DNA of 64,000 nucleotides from the NCBI GenBank assembly GCA_963718085.1, contig CAVQYA010000001.1:196811-260810 (forward strand), in the 5' to 3' direction. The position numbers and the translations under genes are program-made. This stretch comes from an uncultured Chloroflexia bacterium. GTDB taxonomy: Bacteria; Chloroflexota; Limnocylindria; Limnocylindrales; CSP1-4. The notes below the pieces were generated by a model that had not been told where the DNA came from, searched no databases, and saw only the letters and a list, made by a program, of their open reading frames with translations. Positions 11,389 to 22,601 of this stretch are shown here, one piece after another. Each line of letters begins with the position of its first letter. Position 1 is the first letter of the stretch.

Positions 11389-11683
11389 CGGGCGGCGTCA
11401 TCGGCGGCGAAGAGAGCGTCCAGCCCTTCCAGCCCGTCGACAACGGTCGTGCGTCCGGCCGCGACGTCCGCATCCGCTTCGCGCTCCATCGTCTGCCATC
11501 GATCGGTCCAGAACCACGCCTGGTCCGCGGGTACCGCGACGACGGGGACCAGCTCGATGCGACCGTCCTCGCCCTCGACCAGCTTGATCTGGGCGTTGGC
11601 CTGATCGAGGTGGAGGCGACGACGCAGATCGGCGGGAGGGCGATGGTGCCGCGGGACTGGATGGTCAACAGGTGCGTCTTCAT
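11385..11683 (-). CDS. AbrB/MazE/SpoVT-type antitoxin, apparently frameshifted (−1) at ~11630-11633
   Basis: The N-terminus MKTHLLTIQSRGTIALPP is in one frame. …DLRRRLHLDQANAQIKLVEGEDGRIELVPVV continues in another frame. Together they reconstruct the canonical swapped-hairpin barrel motif. One missing G in CCGCCG|ATC joins them. Confidence 0.6.
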
Positions 11684-11901
11684 GCGTTGCAGCATAGCAG
11701 TATTGCGGCGCTCGTCCGGATACGTGCCCGGATCGGAGCCAGCCGGATCGACAGGAGCGTGGCAGCAAGAGGGTCGGATCTGCGAACCACTTCGCTCGGG
11801 CGTTGCCCCTGCGTCGACGACTGGCCGATGGTCACGCCCGATCGGCCGGGCGGACACGTTCGGCAGGTGACTCCGAGCCAGGCGCGCCGTAGGCTTGATC
11901 A

Positions 11902-12930
11902 ATGAGCGAGGGAGATCGGCCTCACGGACCTTCAGGCGAGGTCGTCGTCTACGAAACGCCCGATGGGCGCGCGCGGGTCGAAGTCGTCGTCGGGGACGAG
12001 ACGGTCTGGCTGACCCAGAGGCAGATGGCGGACCTGTTCGACGACCACGATCCGACAACGTCGGCTTGCACATCGAGAACGTCGTTCGCCGAGGGAGAGC
12101 TCGACGGAGGGGGCAACTATCGAGGATTCCTCGTAGTTCGATCCGAGGGAGGTCGTCAGGTCCGCCGGCGCATCCAGCACTACAACCTCGACGTGATCAT
12201 CTCCGTCGGCTACCGCGTCAAGTCCAGGCGCGGCACCCAGTTTCGAATCTGGGCGACGAACACGGTGCGGGATCACCTCATCCAGGGCTTCACGCTCAAC
12301 GAGAAGCGCCTGCTGGCGAGAGGCGTGGAGTTCGACCAGGCCGTCGCCCTGCTGTCATCGACGCTGCGCAACCAGGAGCTCGTCACCGACGAGGGCCAGG
12401 CCGTCCTCGAGGTGGTCCAGCGGTACGCGCGCTCGTGGCGGATGCTGCGCGCCTTCGACGAGGACCAGCTCTCGTCCGCTCCTGACGGGACCGCCGTCCC
12501 GATCGCCTCACTCGACATCGGGTCGGCGCGGGCGACGATCCGCACCCTTCGCGACGACCTGGTCGCGCGCGGCGAGAACCCGGGGATGCTCGGCCAGGAG
12601 CGCGGCGACGCCCTCGAGTCGGTCCTGCTCAACATCGAGCAGACGTTCGGCGGCGAGGCGCTCTACCCGACGATCGAGTCGCGGGCCGCGCACCTGCTCT
12701 ACTTCGTCATCAAGGACCACCCACTCTCCGACGGCAACAAGCGGACGGGGTCGCTGCTGTTCCTCGACTACCTGCGCCGGAACAGCGCGCTGCTGGGGTC
12801 CAACGGCCGGCCGCGTTTCTCGGACACCTCGCTCGTCGCGCTCGCGCTGCTCGTCGCCGAGAGCAAGGCGTCGCACAAGGATCTCGTGGTCCGCCTGATC
12901 CTCAACCTGCTGGCCGAGGATCGCCCGTAG
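11902..12930 (+). CDS. RhuM-family N-terminal domain fused to a Fic/DOC domain (HPLSDGNKRTG)
   Basis: The RhuM core (…SEGGRQV…YNLDVIISVGYRVKS.RGTQFRIWAT) is followed by a Fic motif HPxxDGNxR. A compensating −1/+1 indel pair at ~12052-12086 converts the expected …DNVGLHIENVFAEGEL into …DPTTSACTSRTSFAEGEL. Confidence 0.7.
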   Translation: MSEGDRPHGPSGEVVVYETPDGRARVEVVVGDETVWLTQRQMADLFDDHDPTTSACTSRTSFAEGELDGGGNYRGFLVVRSEGGRQVRRRIQHYNLDVIISVGYRVKSRRGTQFRIWATNTVRDHLIQGFTLNEKRLLARGVEFDQAVALLSSTLRNQELVTDEGQAVLEVVQRYARSWRMLRAFDEDQLSSAPDGTAVPIASLDIGSARATIRTLRDDLVARGENPGMLGQERGDALESVLLNIEQTFGGEALYPTIESRAAHLLYFVIKDHPLSDGNKRTGSLLFLDYLRRNSALLGSNGRPRFSDTSLVALALLVAESKASHKDLVVRLILNLLAEDRP

Positions 12931-13025
12931 CGGTCACCACTCTGGGACGAGGCGCGATGCCGCGGTTCGAGGCCGACGCCACCGTCGGCCCCCCCGCGCC
13001 GACCCACCGTCGGCCCCCCTCGCGC

Positions 13026-13121
13026 GTATTCCGAGAAGGAGTACCGGGGCTTCAACGGCCCCGACGCCACCGTCGACGTCCCCCGTATTCCGAGAAGGAG
13101 TACCGGGACCTCAATCGTCCC
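13026..13121. promoter_or_regulatory. Two tandem copies (58 bp apart) of a conserved 19-nt box GTATTCCGAGAAGGAGTAC followed by a hairpin with a compensatory base-pair change
   Basis: Copy 1 stem is CGGGGC…GCCCCG (13045-13063). Copy 2 stem is CGGGAC…GTCCCG (13103-13121). G→A on one arm is matched by C→T on the other. They lie in the 840-bp intergenic region upstream of ligA. Confidence 0.5.
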
Positions 13122-13190
13122 GGTGTGATCCCGATTTGGCCGTGGCCTGTCGGATCAGGGCCGCGCCGATGCTGTGGAGGTCTGCCGCGC

Positions 13191-13580
13191 GCGTCACGAC
13201 CTGGGCGGCCACGCGCCCGGGTGCTTGCTAGACCTACTCGGCATACCGCGGTCCGGGGACCCAGCGACTGCTCGGCCTTCCTGCCGCTCGAGATCCGTCG
13301 CGACATCGAGAGCCGCGCGGACGAGCCGCGATGCCGCGCCCCTCGCTCCGGGCGGCGCAGCCGATCGGCCATGGTCTGCCTCGCGCGTCACGACCTGGGC
13401 GGCCACGCGCCCGGGTGCTTGCTAGACCTACTCGGCATACCGCGGTCCGGGGACCGAGCGACTGCTCGGCCTTCCTGCCGCTCGAGATCCGTCGCGACAT
13501 CGAGAGCCGCGCGGACGAGCCGCGATGCCGCGCCCCTCGCTCCGGGCGGCGCAGCCGATCGGCCATGGTCTGCCTCGCGC
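13191..13580. repeat. Direct repeat of a 195-bp unit ×2 (about 99% identical)
   Basis: Seen directly. GCGCGTCACGACCTGGGCGG recurs at 13191 and 13386. The whole unit is repeated. Confidence 0.9.
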
Positions 13581-13715
13581 CGCCCAGCGCACCCGATCGA
13601 CCATGGTCTGCCTCGCGCGGCCCAGCGCACCCGATCGACCATGGTCTGCCTCGCGCGGCCCAGCGCAGCCGATCGACCATGGTCTGCCTCGCGCGGCCCG
13701 TCGCAGCCGATCGGC
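13563..13715. repeat. Four tandem 38-bp units, each carrying the perfect palindrome GACCATGGTC next to CGATCG
   Basis: CCATGGTC recurs at 13563, 13601, 13639 and 13677. The array directly precedes the ligA start. It has no spacer-like unique sequence, so it is not a CRISPR. Confidence 0.85.
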
Positions 13716-13770
13716 CGCGGTCCCTCTCGCTCCGCGCGGCCCGGCCGATCGATCGATAGACTCCGGATCG

Positions 13771-16603
<2,833 letters not shown>

Positions 16604-16614
16604 GGGTGCCGGCA

Positions 16615-16642
16615 GTCACCGGTGCGAACCGGCACCGGTGAC
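16615..16642 (+). terminator. Terminator-like hairpin after ligA: perfect 11-bp inverted repeat GTCACCGGTGC-GAACCG-GCACCGGTGAC
   Basis: Seen directly. It lies 12 nt after the ligA stop. Confidence 0.55.
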
Positions 16643-16699
16643 TCGTGGAACTTTCGTACTGGCCTTGCAGTACGGGGTGGACCCTCGTACCATCCGCCC

Positions 16700-17386
16700 A
16701 TGGATACCTCCGGGAAGACGGGTCCTCGTCGGGTTGTCCAGGCCGGACAGGGACTTGTCGAATACGCACTTATCCTGGCTCTTATAGCAGTAGTCGCCAT
16801 TTCTGGAACTCTCTTCCTGGGCAAGGAGATTTCCAAGGTACTGGCGAACATGGGGTCAAGCGTCGGCGGGGTCGCCGGTGTGACGCAGACGGGGACGCAG
16901 ACCACCACGACGACGACGTCCGCCGAAGCCTGCAGGGCGGCCGGTAAGTACTGGTATCAGGACGCCTGCCACGACCAGAAGGGTGCCGCGAGCAACTACA
17001 AGACCGCCGACGACTGCTGGGCGGTCGGCTACTGGTGGCGTGAGAGTTCGAATGTTGTCCAATGCCGTGACAACAAGGGCTCGGCGGACGACTACTTGAA
17101 CCAGGCCGACTGCCAGAGGCCAACAGTCGGCTTCCACTGGTACAACGGCGACTGCCACGACAACTCTCCCGACGCGTGGGACATCAACAACAGCGGTGAC
17201 TGCGCGGCGTACAGCTTCTCCTGGTGGACCCTGGGAAAGTCCGCCCCCCCAAACGACGGCTGTCACCCGACCAGTCAGCTCGCCTATTCCTCCACCATGA
17301 ACAGGACGACCTGCGAGGCCAACGACTGGTGGTGGCATGACGTGTCCTGGCCCTCCAGCGACCACTGTGATTCCTCCCATCCCTAG
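16700..17386 (+). CDS. Flp/Fap-type pilin-like protein with a ~190-aa C-terminal Cys/Trp-rich repeat domain
   Basis: Leader MDTSGKTGPRRVVQAG, then G|QGLVEYALILALIAVVAISG (Flp motif with Glu +5, Tyr +6, hydrophobic helix). Five Cys-bracketed W/Y/D/N-rich modules follow. GC is visibly lower than the flanks. Confidence 0.6.
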   Translation: MDTSGKTGPRRVVQAGQGLVEYALILALIAVVAISGTLFLGKEISKVLANMGSSVGGVAGVTQTGTQTTTTTTSAEACRAAGKYWYQDACHDQKGAASNYKTADDCWAVGYWWRESSNVVQCRDNKGSADDYLNQADCQRPTVGFHWYNGDCHDNSPDAWDINNSGDCAAYSFSWWTLGKSAPPNDGCHPTSQLAYSSTMNRTTCEANDWWWHDVSWPSSDHCDSSHP

Positions 17387-17880
17387 TAGGGAGCGGCGTG
17401 ACCCGGCCCCGGAGCCCGGGTCCGCCATCATCGGGAGATCGCAACACTCTCGCGGGCCGGCGTAGAGCCCGTCGCGAACCCGGCCCGCCCGGCACCCACT
17501 GAGATCGAGCTGGTCCTCCCCGAGGGCCAGCTCCTTCGATTCCGGGCGGACTTGCGGTCACTGCCCGCCTCAATACGCAGGCCGGTCGTCCCGCCGGCCC
17601 CTGCGTCCTGGGTTCGAGGGCATTCGCCCGCCACCTTCCGACCGCGCGGCCCCGGCCGACCTCGGAGGACGAGTCGGCGCCCGCCCCGCTGGGCATCAGG
17701 CCTGACCCGCAGCCAATTCGGCGTCGGGGACCGGACCGATCACGGCGACCACGTCTCTCCGGCGAGCGACCGTGATCGGACTCAGGTCACAGGCTGAGGC
17801 GGAATTCACCCCCCGTCGTTCCATCTTCAACAGCCGACGGAGTGCCGATCGCGGCCCGAGAGGGCGATCGGCGGCCCCTG

Positions 17881-19098
17881 TCATCCGACGTAGTTGCCTT
17901 CCAGGAAGAGCGCCGTCATCAGTCCCAGGAACGTGAGCGACAGCAGCAGCCAACCCCTGTGGAAGAGTGGCCGGCGACCGGCGATCGCGAGCACAACGAA
18001 GCAGGGAAACAGGACAAGGAGGTACCTCATCGTCGACATCAGGGGCCAGGCCGTCTGCTGAGTCAGGGTGAGAGCGAGCTGCGGGACGACGTACAGCGAG
18101 TAGCTCGCGGGCAGGCGCCGGAGGCCGGCAATCGCCAGGGCGGTGAATCCGACGAGTGCCAGGGCGTTCAATAGGGTGATGGGGTCGTCGTGCCGGAATG
18201 CCCAGTCCAACGCCTGACCGATGACGTCCCAGGGAAGGCGCGCTCCGGTAGAGGCCCAGGTTGCGTGCGAGTCGAAGTAGGGCTGATCCAGCACGACGAC
18301 CGTATACGCAACGTACGAGAGGTAGCCGACCGCCGGGCTGGCCATCGCGATTGCCGGTGTCAGGTTGGGTCGGCCCAGGCGAGGGGTGCCCGGCTGCCGC
18401 GCCCGCCAGTAGTCGCGGAGCGCGACCGCTGCCTCCCACCCGATTGGCAGAACGAGCAGCAGTCCCTGCGGTCGGGTCAGCGCGGCGACCAGGCCGGCCA
18501 CGGCGGCGAGCCCCCAGCGATGACGTCGCGCCCCCACGATTGCCCACACCGCGCCGGCCAGGAAGAGCGCCTCCGTGAACGGCGCGAAGAAGAAGAAGGC
18601 AACCGGGAATACCGCGACGTAGAGGACGGCTCGGTCTGCCGTGGCGCCATCGAGATCTTCACGTACCAGTTGCCGGAGACCGGTGAGTCCGAGCACGAAG
18701 GCAACCGCGTTGACCACCAGGCCGGCCAGCGGGATGTCGCCGCCCAGGACGATCGATGCGACACGCATGAGGAACGGCAGGAGCGGAAAGAAGTTGGTGG
18801 AGGCCGTGCCTGCCTCGTAGCCGTAGGCCGCGATCTTCGCGTACCAGCAGGCGTCCCAGTGCTGCCAGACCCCGACGAGCGGGAAGGCGATCCCGCGATC
18901 GGCGAGCGGCGGGAAGGTTGTCCACCCGTTGATGACCAGGTCCGAGTTGCACGGGCCCGGCACCAGACCCTTCATCATGAGGAAGCCGGCGATCAACCCG
19001 AGGCCGATCCGGAGGACGAACCACAGCCGCACGGCGGCGGCAAGTCCCTCCGGAAGGCGATCGACACGTCGCCTGATCCTACCGATGAGGGCCTTCAT
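17881..19098 (-). CDS. Polytopic membrane glycosyltransferase (PIG-V / DUF2029-like mannosyltransferase family)
   Basis: About 10 predicted TM segments, with the DACWY and NFFPLLP motifs typical of actinobacterial PIG-V-like mannosyltransferases. The family call is tentative. Confidence 0.5.
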   Translation of the reverse strand: MKALIGRIRRRVDRLPEGLAAAVRLWFVLRIGLGLIAGFLMMKGLVPGPCNSDLVINGWTTFPPLADRGIAFPLVGVWQHWDACWYAKIAAYGYEAGTASTNFFPLLPFLMRVASIVLGGDIPLAGLVVNAVAFVLGLTGLRQLVREDLDGATADRAVLYVAVFPVAFFFFAPFTEALFLAGAVWAIVGARRHRWGLAAVAGLVAALTRPQGLLLVLPIGWEAAVALRDYWRARQPGTPRLGRPNLTPAIAMASPAVGYLSYVAYTVVVLDQPYFDSHATWASTGARLPWDVIGQALDWAFRHDDPITLLNALALVGFTALAIAGLRRLPASYSLYVVPQLALTLTQQTAWPLMSTMRYLLVLFPCFVVLAIAGRRPLFHRGWLLLSLTFLGLMTALFLEGNYVG

Positions 19099-19532
19099 CT
19101 AGCCGCCTGAGCACGGTTTGGGGCAGGCGAGGGGACCGCCCGAGAGGCGGTCCCCTCGAGCATCGCGGCGCCCGAGGTGAAATGGCCGTCGAGCGTTCGC
19201 ACGTGGTGCTCCTGGTTCGGAATCGCCTGCATTCCGTCTCTCGCGTTCCTGGACGCGCGGATGCGAGAGTAGCCCAGAACCGGGGGTGAATCGGCGCGGA
19301 ACTCCCTTCCGGCGGTCGGCGGTTCCCTCAGCTCGGCCGCGCCACGAGGTGGGAGTCCGTGGCCGCGCGTGGATCTCCCGCGCAGGCGGAACAGCCAGTC
19401 CGGTACGCTTGGCCGCGTTGCCTGCCGCCCGGGAGACCCATCGGTGCCGATCGCCGCACGGACGCAGGGAAGGCACCTGCCCTCGCCGCCGACCGGGCAG
19501 TCGGCGGGCGACCCGGCTTGTCGAGCGGTGAC

Positions 19533-20889
19533 ATGACGGCCACGCCGACCTCGGGCCTCGTCGACGACCGGGGCGCGACAGGGGCTGATCCCGGCGAGCC
19601 GGCCGTCCCGTCGTCGCGGCGGCGTCGCCTGTTCGAGCGCATCCGGCGGAGCCTGGGCGATCCGAGGGTGCTCGTTCGCGCTGCTGCTGATCGCGGCCCT
19701 GATCGTGCGGATCGCGTGGCTGACGGTGCCCCAGGGGTCGCTCATCTTCGACGAGTCCTACTACGTCAACGCGGCGCGGGTGCTGCTCGGCTGGACCGTC
19801 CCGGCCGACGCTCCGTACGCGGGCGCACCCATCGGGCTGGATCCCAACAGCGAGCATCCGCCGCTCGGGAAGCTGCTGATGGCGCTGTCGATGGCCGTCT
19901 TCGGCGACAACGGCCTGGGCTGGCGGCTGCCCAGCGTCATCGCCGGGATGATCGCGCTGGTCGCGGTGTTCGGGATCGTTCGCGCCACCGGGGAGTCCGC
20001 GCGACTCGCGCTTCTCGCCGTGGCCTTCCTCGCCTTCGAGAACCTCACGCTGGTCCACGGCCGGATCGGGACCCTGGACATGCTGGTCCTCGCGCCGATT
20101 CTGGTGGGCGCCTGGCTGGCCCTGCGCGGCCGGTGGGCCGCGGCGGGAGCGGCAACCGGTCTCGGGATGCTGATGAAGCTGACCGCGCTGTACGGCCTGC
20201 TGGCGCTGCTGATCATGCTGGCAGTCGCGCTCTGGGTGACGTGGCGTCGACAGCGCCGTCTGCGATTCCCGGATCTGCGCCCGGCCGCGATGGCGCTGAT
20301 CGCTTTCTCGATCGTCACCATCGGAGGCCTGTGGCTGCTCGACATGCGGTTCTCGAGCTACGCCAACCCGGTCGAGCACCTGCAGCACATGATCCAGTAC
20401 GGGGCCAGCCTGGCCCGGGGTGCGGCCGAGCCGGGGGTCTGCGCCGGCGCAGACAGTTCCCCGCTGCAGTGGCTCTTCAACGAGTGCGAGATGACCTACC
20501 TGCGCGTGAACGAGACGGTGGCGAGCGGAGAAGTGATCGTGTCTGTCCGCTCCACGATCGACTTCCGCGGCGCGATGAACCCGATCCTGATCGGCTCCCT
20601 GCCCGCCGCGTTCGCGGTCGCCGGCTGGCTCGCCTGGAAGCGGCGCAGCCGCCTGGCCGGCTGGAGCCTCGTCTGGGCGGCCGCCAACTACCTTCCGTAC
20701 GTGGCGATGGCGCTCGTCTCGCAGCGGGTGACGTACATCTTCTACTTCCTGCCGGTCGTCCCGGCTCTCGCCGTGGCGGCCGCCCTCCTCCTGCGTCGCT
20801 GGCGCCTGCCGAGGTTCGTGACCGTCGCGTACGTGGCCCTCTACATCGTCGGCTTCGCGGCGTACTTCCCGTTCCGCCAGATCCCGTGA
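19533..20889 (+). CDS. Protein O-mannosyltransferase / PMT-family (GT39-like) membrane glycosyltransferase, with an apparent +1 frameshift at ~19673
   Basis: …LIFDESYYVNAARVLLGW…PIGLDPNSEHPPLGKLLMAL is the PMT signature. The N-terminal 46 aa from ATG 19533 are in the adjacent frame. One extra G in CTCGTTCGCG joins them. Confidence 0.65.
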
Positions 20890-21176
20890 CCCTGGGCGTG
20901 CCGTGCATTCGCCCGAGGCGCGGCCGGCCACCATTCGCAAGCGTCTGGCTCGAAGCGGCCGCGCTCGCCTGCCTGTTCGCCCGGCGACGCGTGGAGCGGC
21001 CTGACGGGACTCAACCAGCGATCGGCCGGTCGGCGCGCTGCGTGCCTGGTCTCCTTCACCGACCTCGATCACGCATGTGCGTCGTGTTCGAGATCGATGC
21101 GCTGCTTGTCCACCCACTCCACGGCCTTGTCGAGCGTCGCCCCATAGCCGGGCGAGGTCGTTGAACTCCTCCCGAT

Positions 21177-21680
21177 TCACGCCCCCGCCCTCCGGGCTCC
21201 CCACCACTCGATGAACCCGTTCGTGATTCGCGCGCGCTCCTCGTCCGAGAGGAGGTCGCTGAAGGGTGACGTGTTCCGGAGGACGGCCGCCTCCTCGTCG
21301 TGCCGGGTGAGGGTCGCCATGACGGCCTCGGCGCCCTGCTCGAGCACCCGGGCCCACCGGTCGGCGAACCAGGCGAGGTGGTTGTCGCCGCCCATCTCGG
21401 CGAGCCTGTTCGCGGCCAGATCCCGGGCGCGGCCCCAGTCGAGCGCGACATGGGCGGCCTGGACGCGGCCCGACCACAGTTGCAGGAGGTGGGACCCGTC
21501 GACGGAGCGCCCGTGCTCGCGGCCCGCCAGGTAGGCGTCCACCGTTTCGCGCCGGACGCGGCGGTGCTTGCCGACCCGGAAGGAGGCCATCCGGCCGGCA
21601 TCGCAGAGGTCGACGACGTGCTGGCGGGACGCGCCGATCAGGCGCGCGACCTCGCCAGTCGATAGCAGCCCGTTATTCAC
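21177..21680 (-). CDS. Excisionase/MerR-like HTH (HTH_17-type) protein with an uncharacterized C-terminal domain, copy A
   Basis: LLSTGEVARLIGASRQHVVDLCDAGRMASFRVGKHRRVRRETVDAYL is an excisionase-family HTH. GTG start with GGAGTG upstream. It is divergent from abiEi. Confidence 0.5.
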   Translation of the reverse strand: MNNGLLSTGEVARLIGASRQHVVDLCDAGRMASFRVGKHRRVRRETVDAYLAGREHGRSVDGSHLLQLWSGRVQAAHVALDWGRARDLAANRLAEMGGDNHLAWFADRWARVLEQGAEAVMATLTRHDEEAAVLRNTSPFSDLLSDEERARITNGFIEWWGARRAGA

Positions 21681-21777
21681 CGCAACCACTCCAAGCACCG
21701 TAACCACAACGGTTCGCGCCAATCTTGCCCCAGCCGCAGGGCGCTGTCGAGGGAGAGTGCCACTCGCCGACATCGGA
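21197..21777. repeat. Copy A of a ~585-bp direct repeat, ~98% identical to 25397-25980
   Basis: About 12 mismatches. The differences cluster at the HTH gene start. The repeat contains most of the HTH regulator gene plus its upstream region. Confidence 0.9.
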
Positions 21778-22601
21778 TGACTCGCAGGATCCTTGCGCCG
21801 AGCATGTCATTCATGCATGATGTCCACATGAGTCTTGATAACCTGCATGAACGACAGGTCATCTCGATCGCCAAGACCGAGCAGGCGATGAGCTGGCTGG
21901 TCGCGCACGGACCTCTCGTCGTCGACCCGCCGCTGCCAGCGTGGATCACGGACCGCCTCGTGACCGCGCAGCGGGTCATGCGTCTGCGACGCGGCGTGTT
22001 CCTGGTTCCCGGCGACGATGGACGCCTGCCATCGCTCCCCCGGGCGATGGATCTCCTTGATCCGGCGGGCTACGTGACCGGGCACGGGGCCCTCGCCGCA
22101 CAGGGGCTCAACGATCAGGACGTGTCGCACTGGTGGGCCGCCGCCGGTCGCCGTCAGGCCGACATCTCCTACGGTCTCTACCGCGCCCACTTCGTCTTCT
22201 CACCCGAGTCGGCGCGAGTCGGTCAGCAACACGTCGTCCCGTACGAAGGCGACCGCGTTCGCATGGCGACGCCGACCCAGGCCCTCGTCGATGAGGCACG
22301 CCTCATCCCCTTCGGCTTCGACTGGGTCGAGACGGGCCGGGTTCTGCGCAACGCGGTGGAGATCGGGCGGACCGCCGAGACCGGCGTCCTGGAGCTGCTC
22401 TCGGCGCAGCCTTCACTGGCCGCCACCCGGCGGCTCGGCCTGCTCTTCGAGCTGGTCCGCGGGGCGCCGGATCCCCGGCTTCTCGCCGCTGCGCGACGGA
22501 ACCTGACCGTCTCGCGGATCGTTGGTGACGAGGAAATCGATGAGACCTGGCGGATCACCCTGCCGCATGACCGGGCGCGGATCGCTCGAGGGATGAAGTG
22601 A
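21777..22601 (+). CDS. abiEi: AbiEi-family antitoxin / transcriptional regulator (type IV TA, abortive infection)
   Basis: About 274 aa, with an N-terminal wHTH and an …RLRRGVFLVP motif. Its stop overlaps the abiEii GTG (GTGA). Confidence 0.6.
   Translation: MTRRILAPSMSFMHDVHMSLDNLHERQVISIAKTEQAMSWLVAHGPLVVDPPLPAWITDRLVTAQRVMRLRRGVFLVPGDDGRLPSLPRAMDLLDPAGYVTGHGALAAQGLNDQDVSHWWAAAGRRQADISYGLYRAHFVFSPESARVGQQHVVPYEGDRVRMATPTQALVDEARLIPFGFDWVETGRVLRNAVEIGRTAETGVLELLSAQPSLAATRRLGLLFELVRGAPDPRLLAAARRNLTVSRIVGDEEIDETWRITLPHDRARIARGMK

Noticed and set aside
12768-13372. Minus-strand ORFs 12768..13070 and 13052..13372 with repeated RYSFSEY peptide
   Set aside because: This is the reverse translation of the duplicated GTATTCCGAGAAGGAGTAC box. 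It overlaps the Fic gene 3' end. It is not a gene.
13563-13715. Possible CRISPR array
   Set aside because: The 38-bp units are contiguous with no unique spacers, and there are no cas genes. This is a plain tandem repeat.
13525-13770. ORF-track N-terminal extension of ligA starting at 13525
   Set aside because: It is a translation of the 195-bp/38-bp repeats. The LigA Ia domain begins at ATG 13771.
19099-21477. 792-aa minus ORF and 601-aa plus ORF (19359..21164) overlapping the PMT gene
   Set aside because: These are artefacts of high GC. Only the N-terminal ~46 codons of the 19359 frame (from ATG 19533) belong to the PMT gene, before the frameshift.
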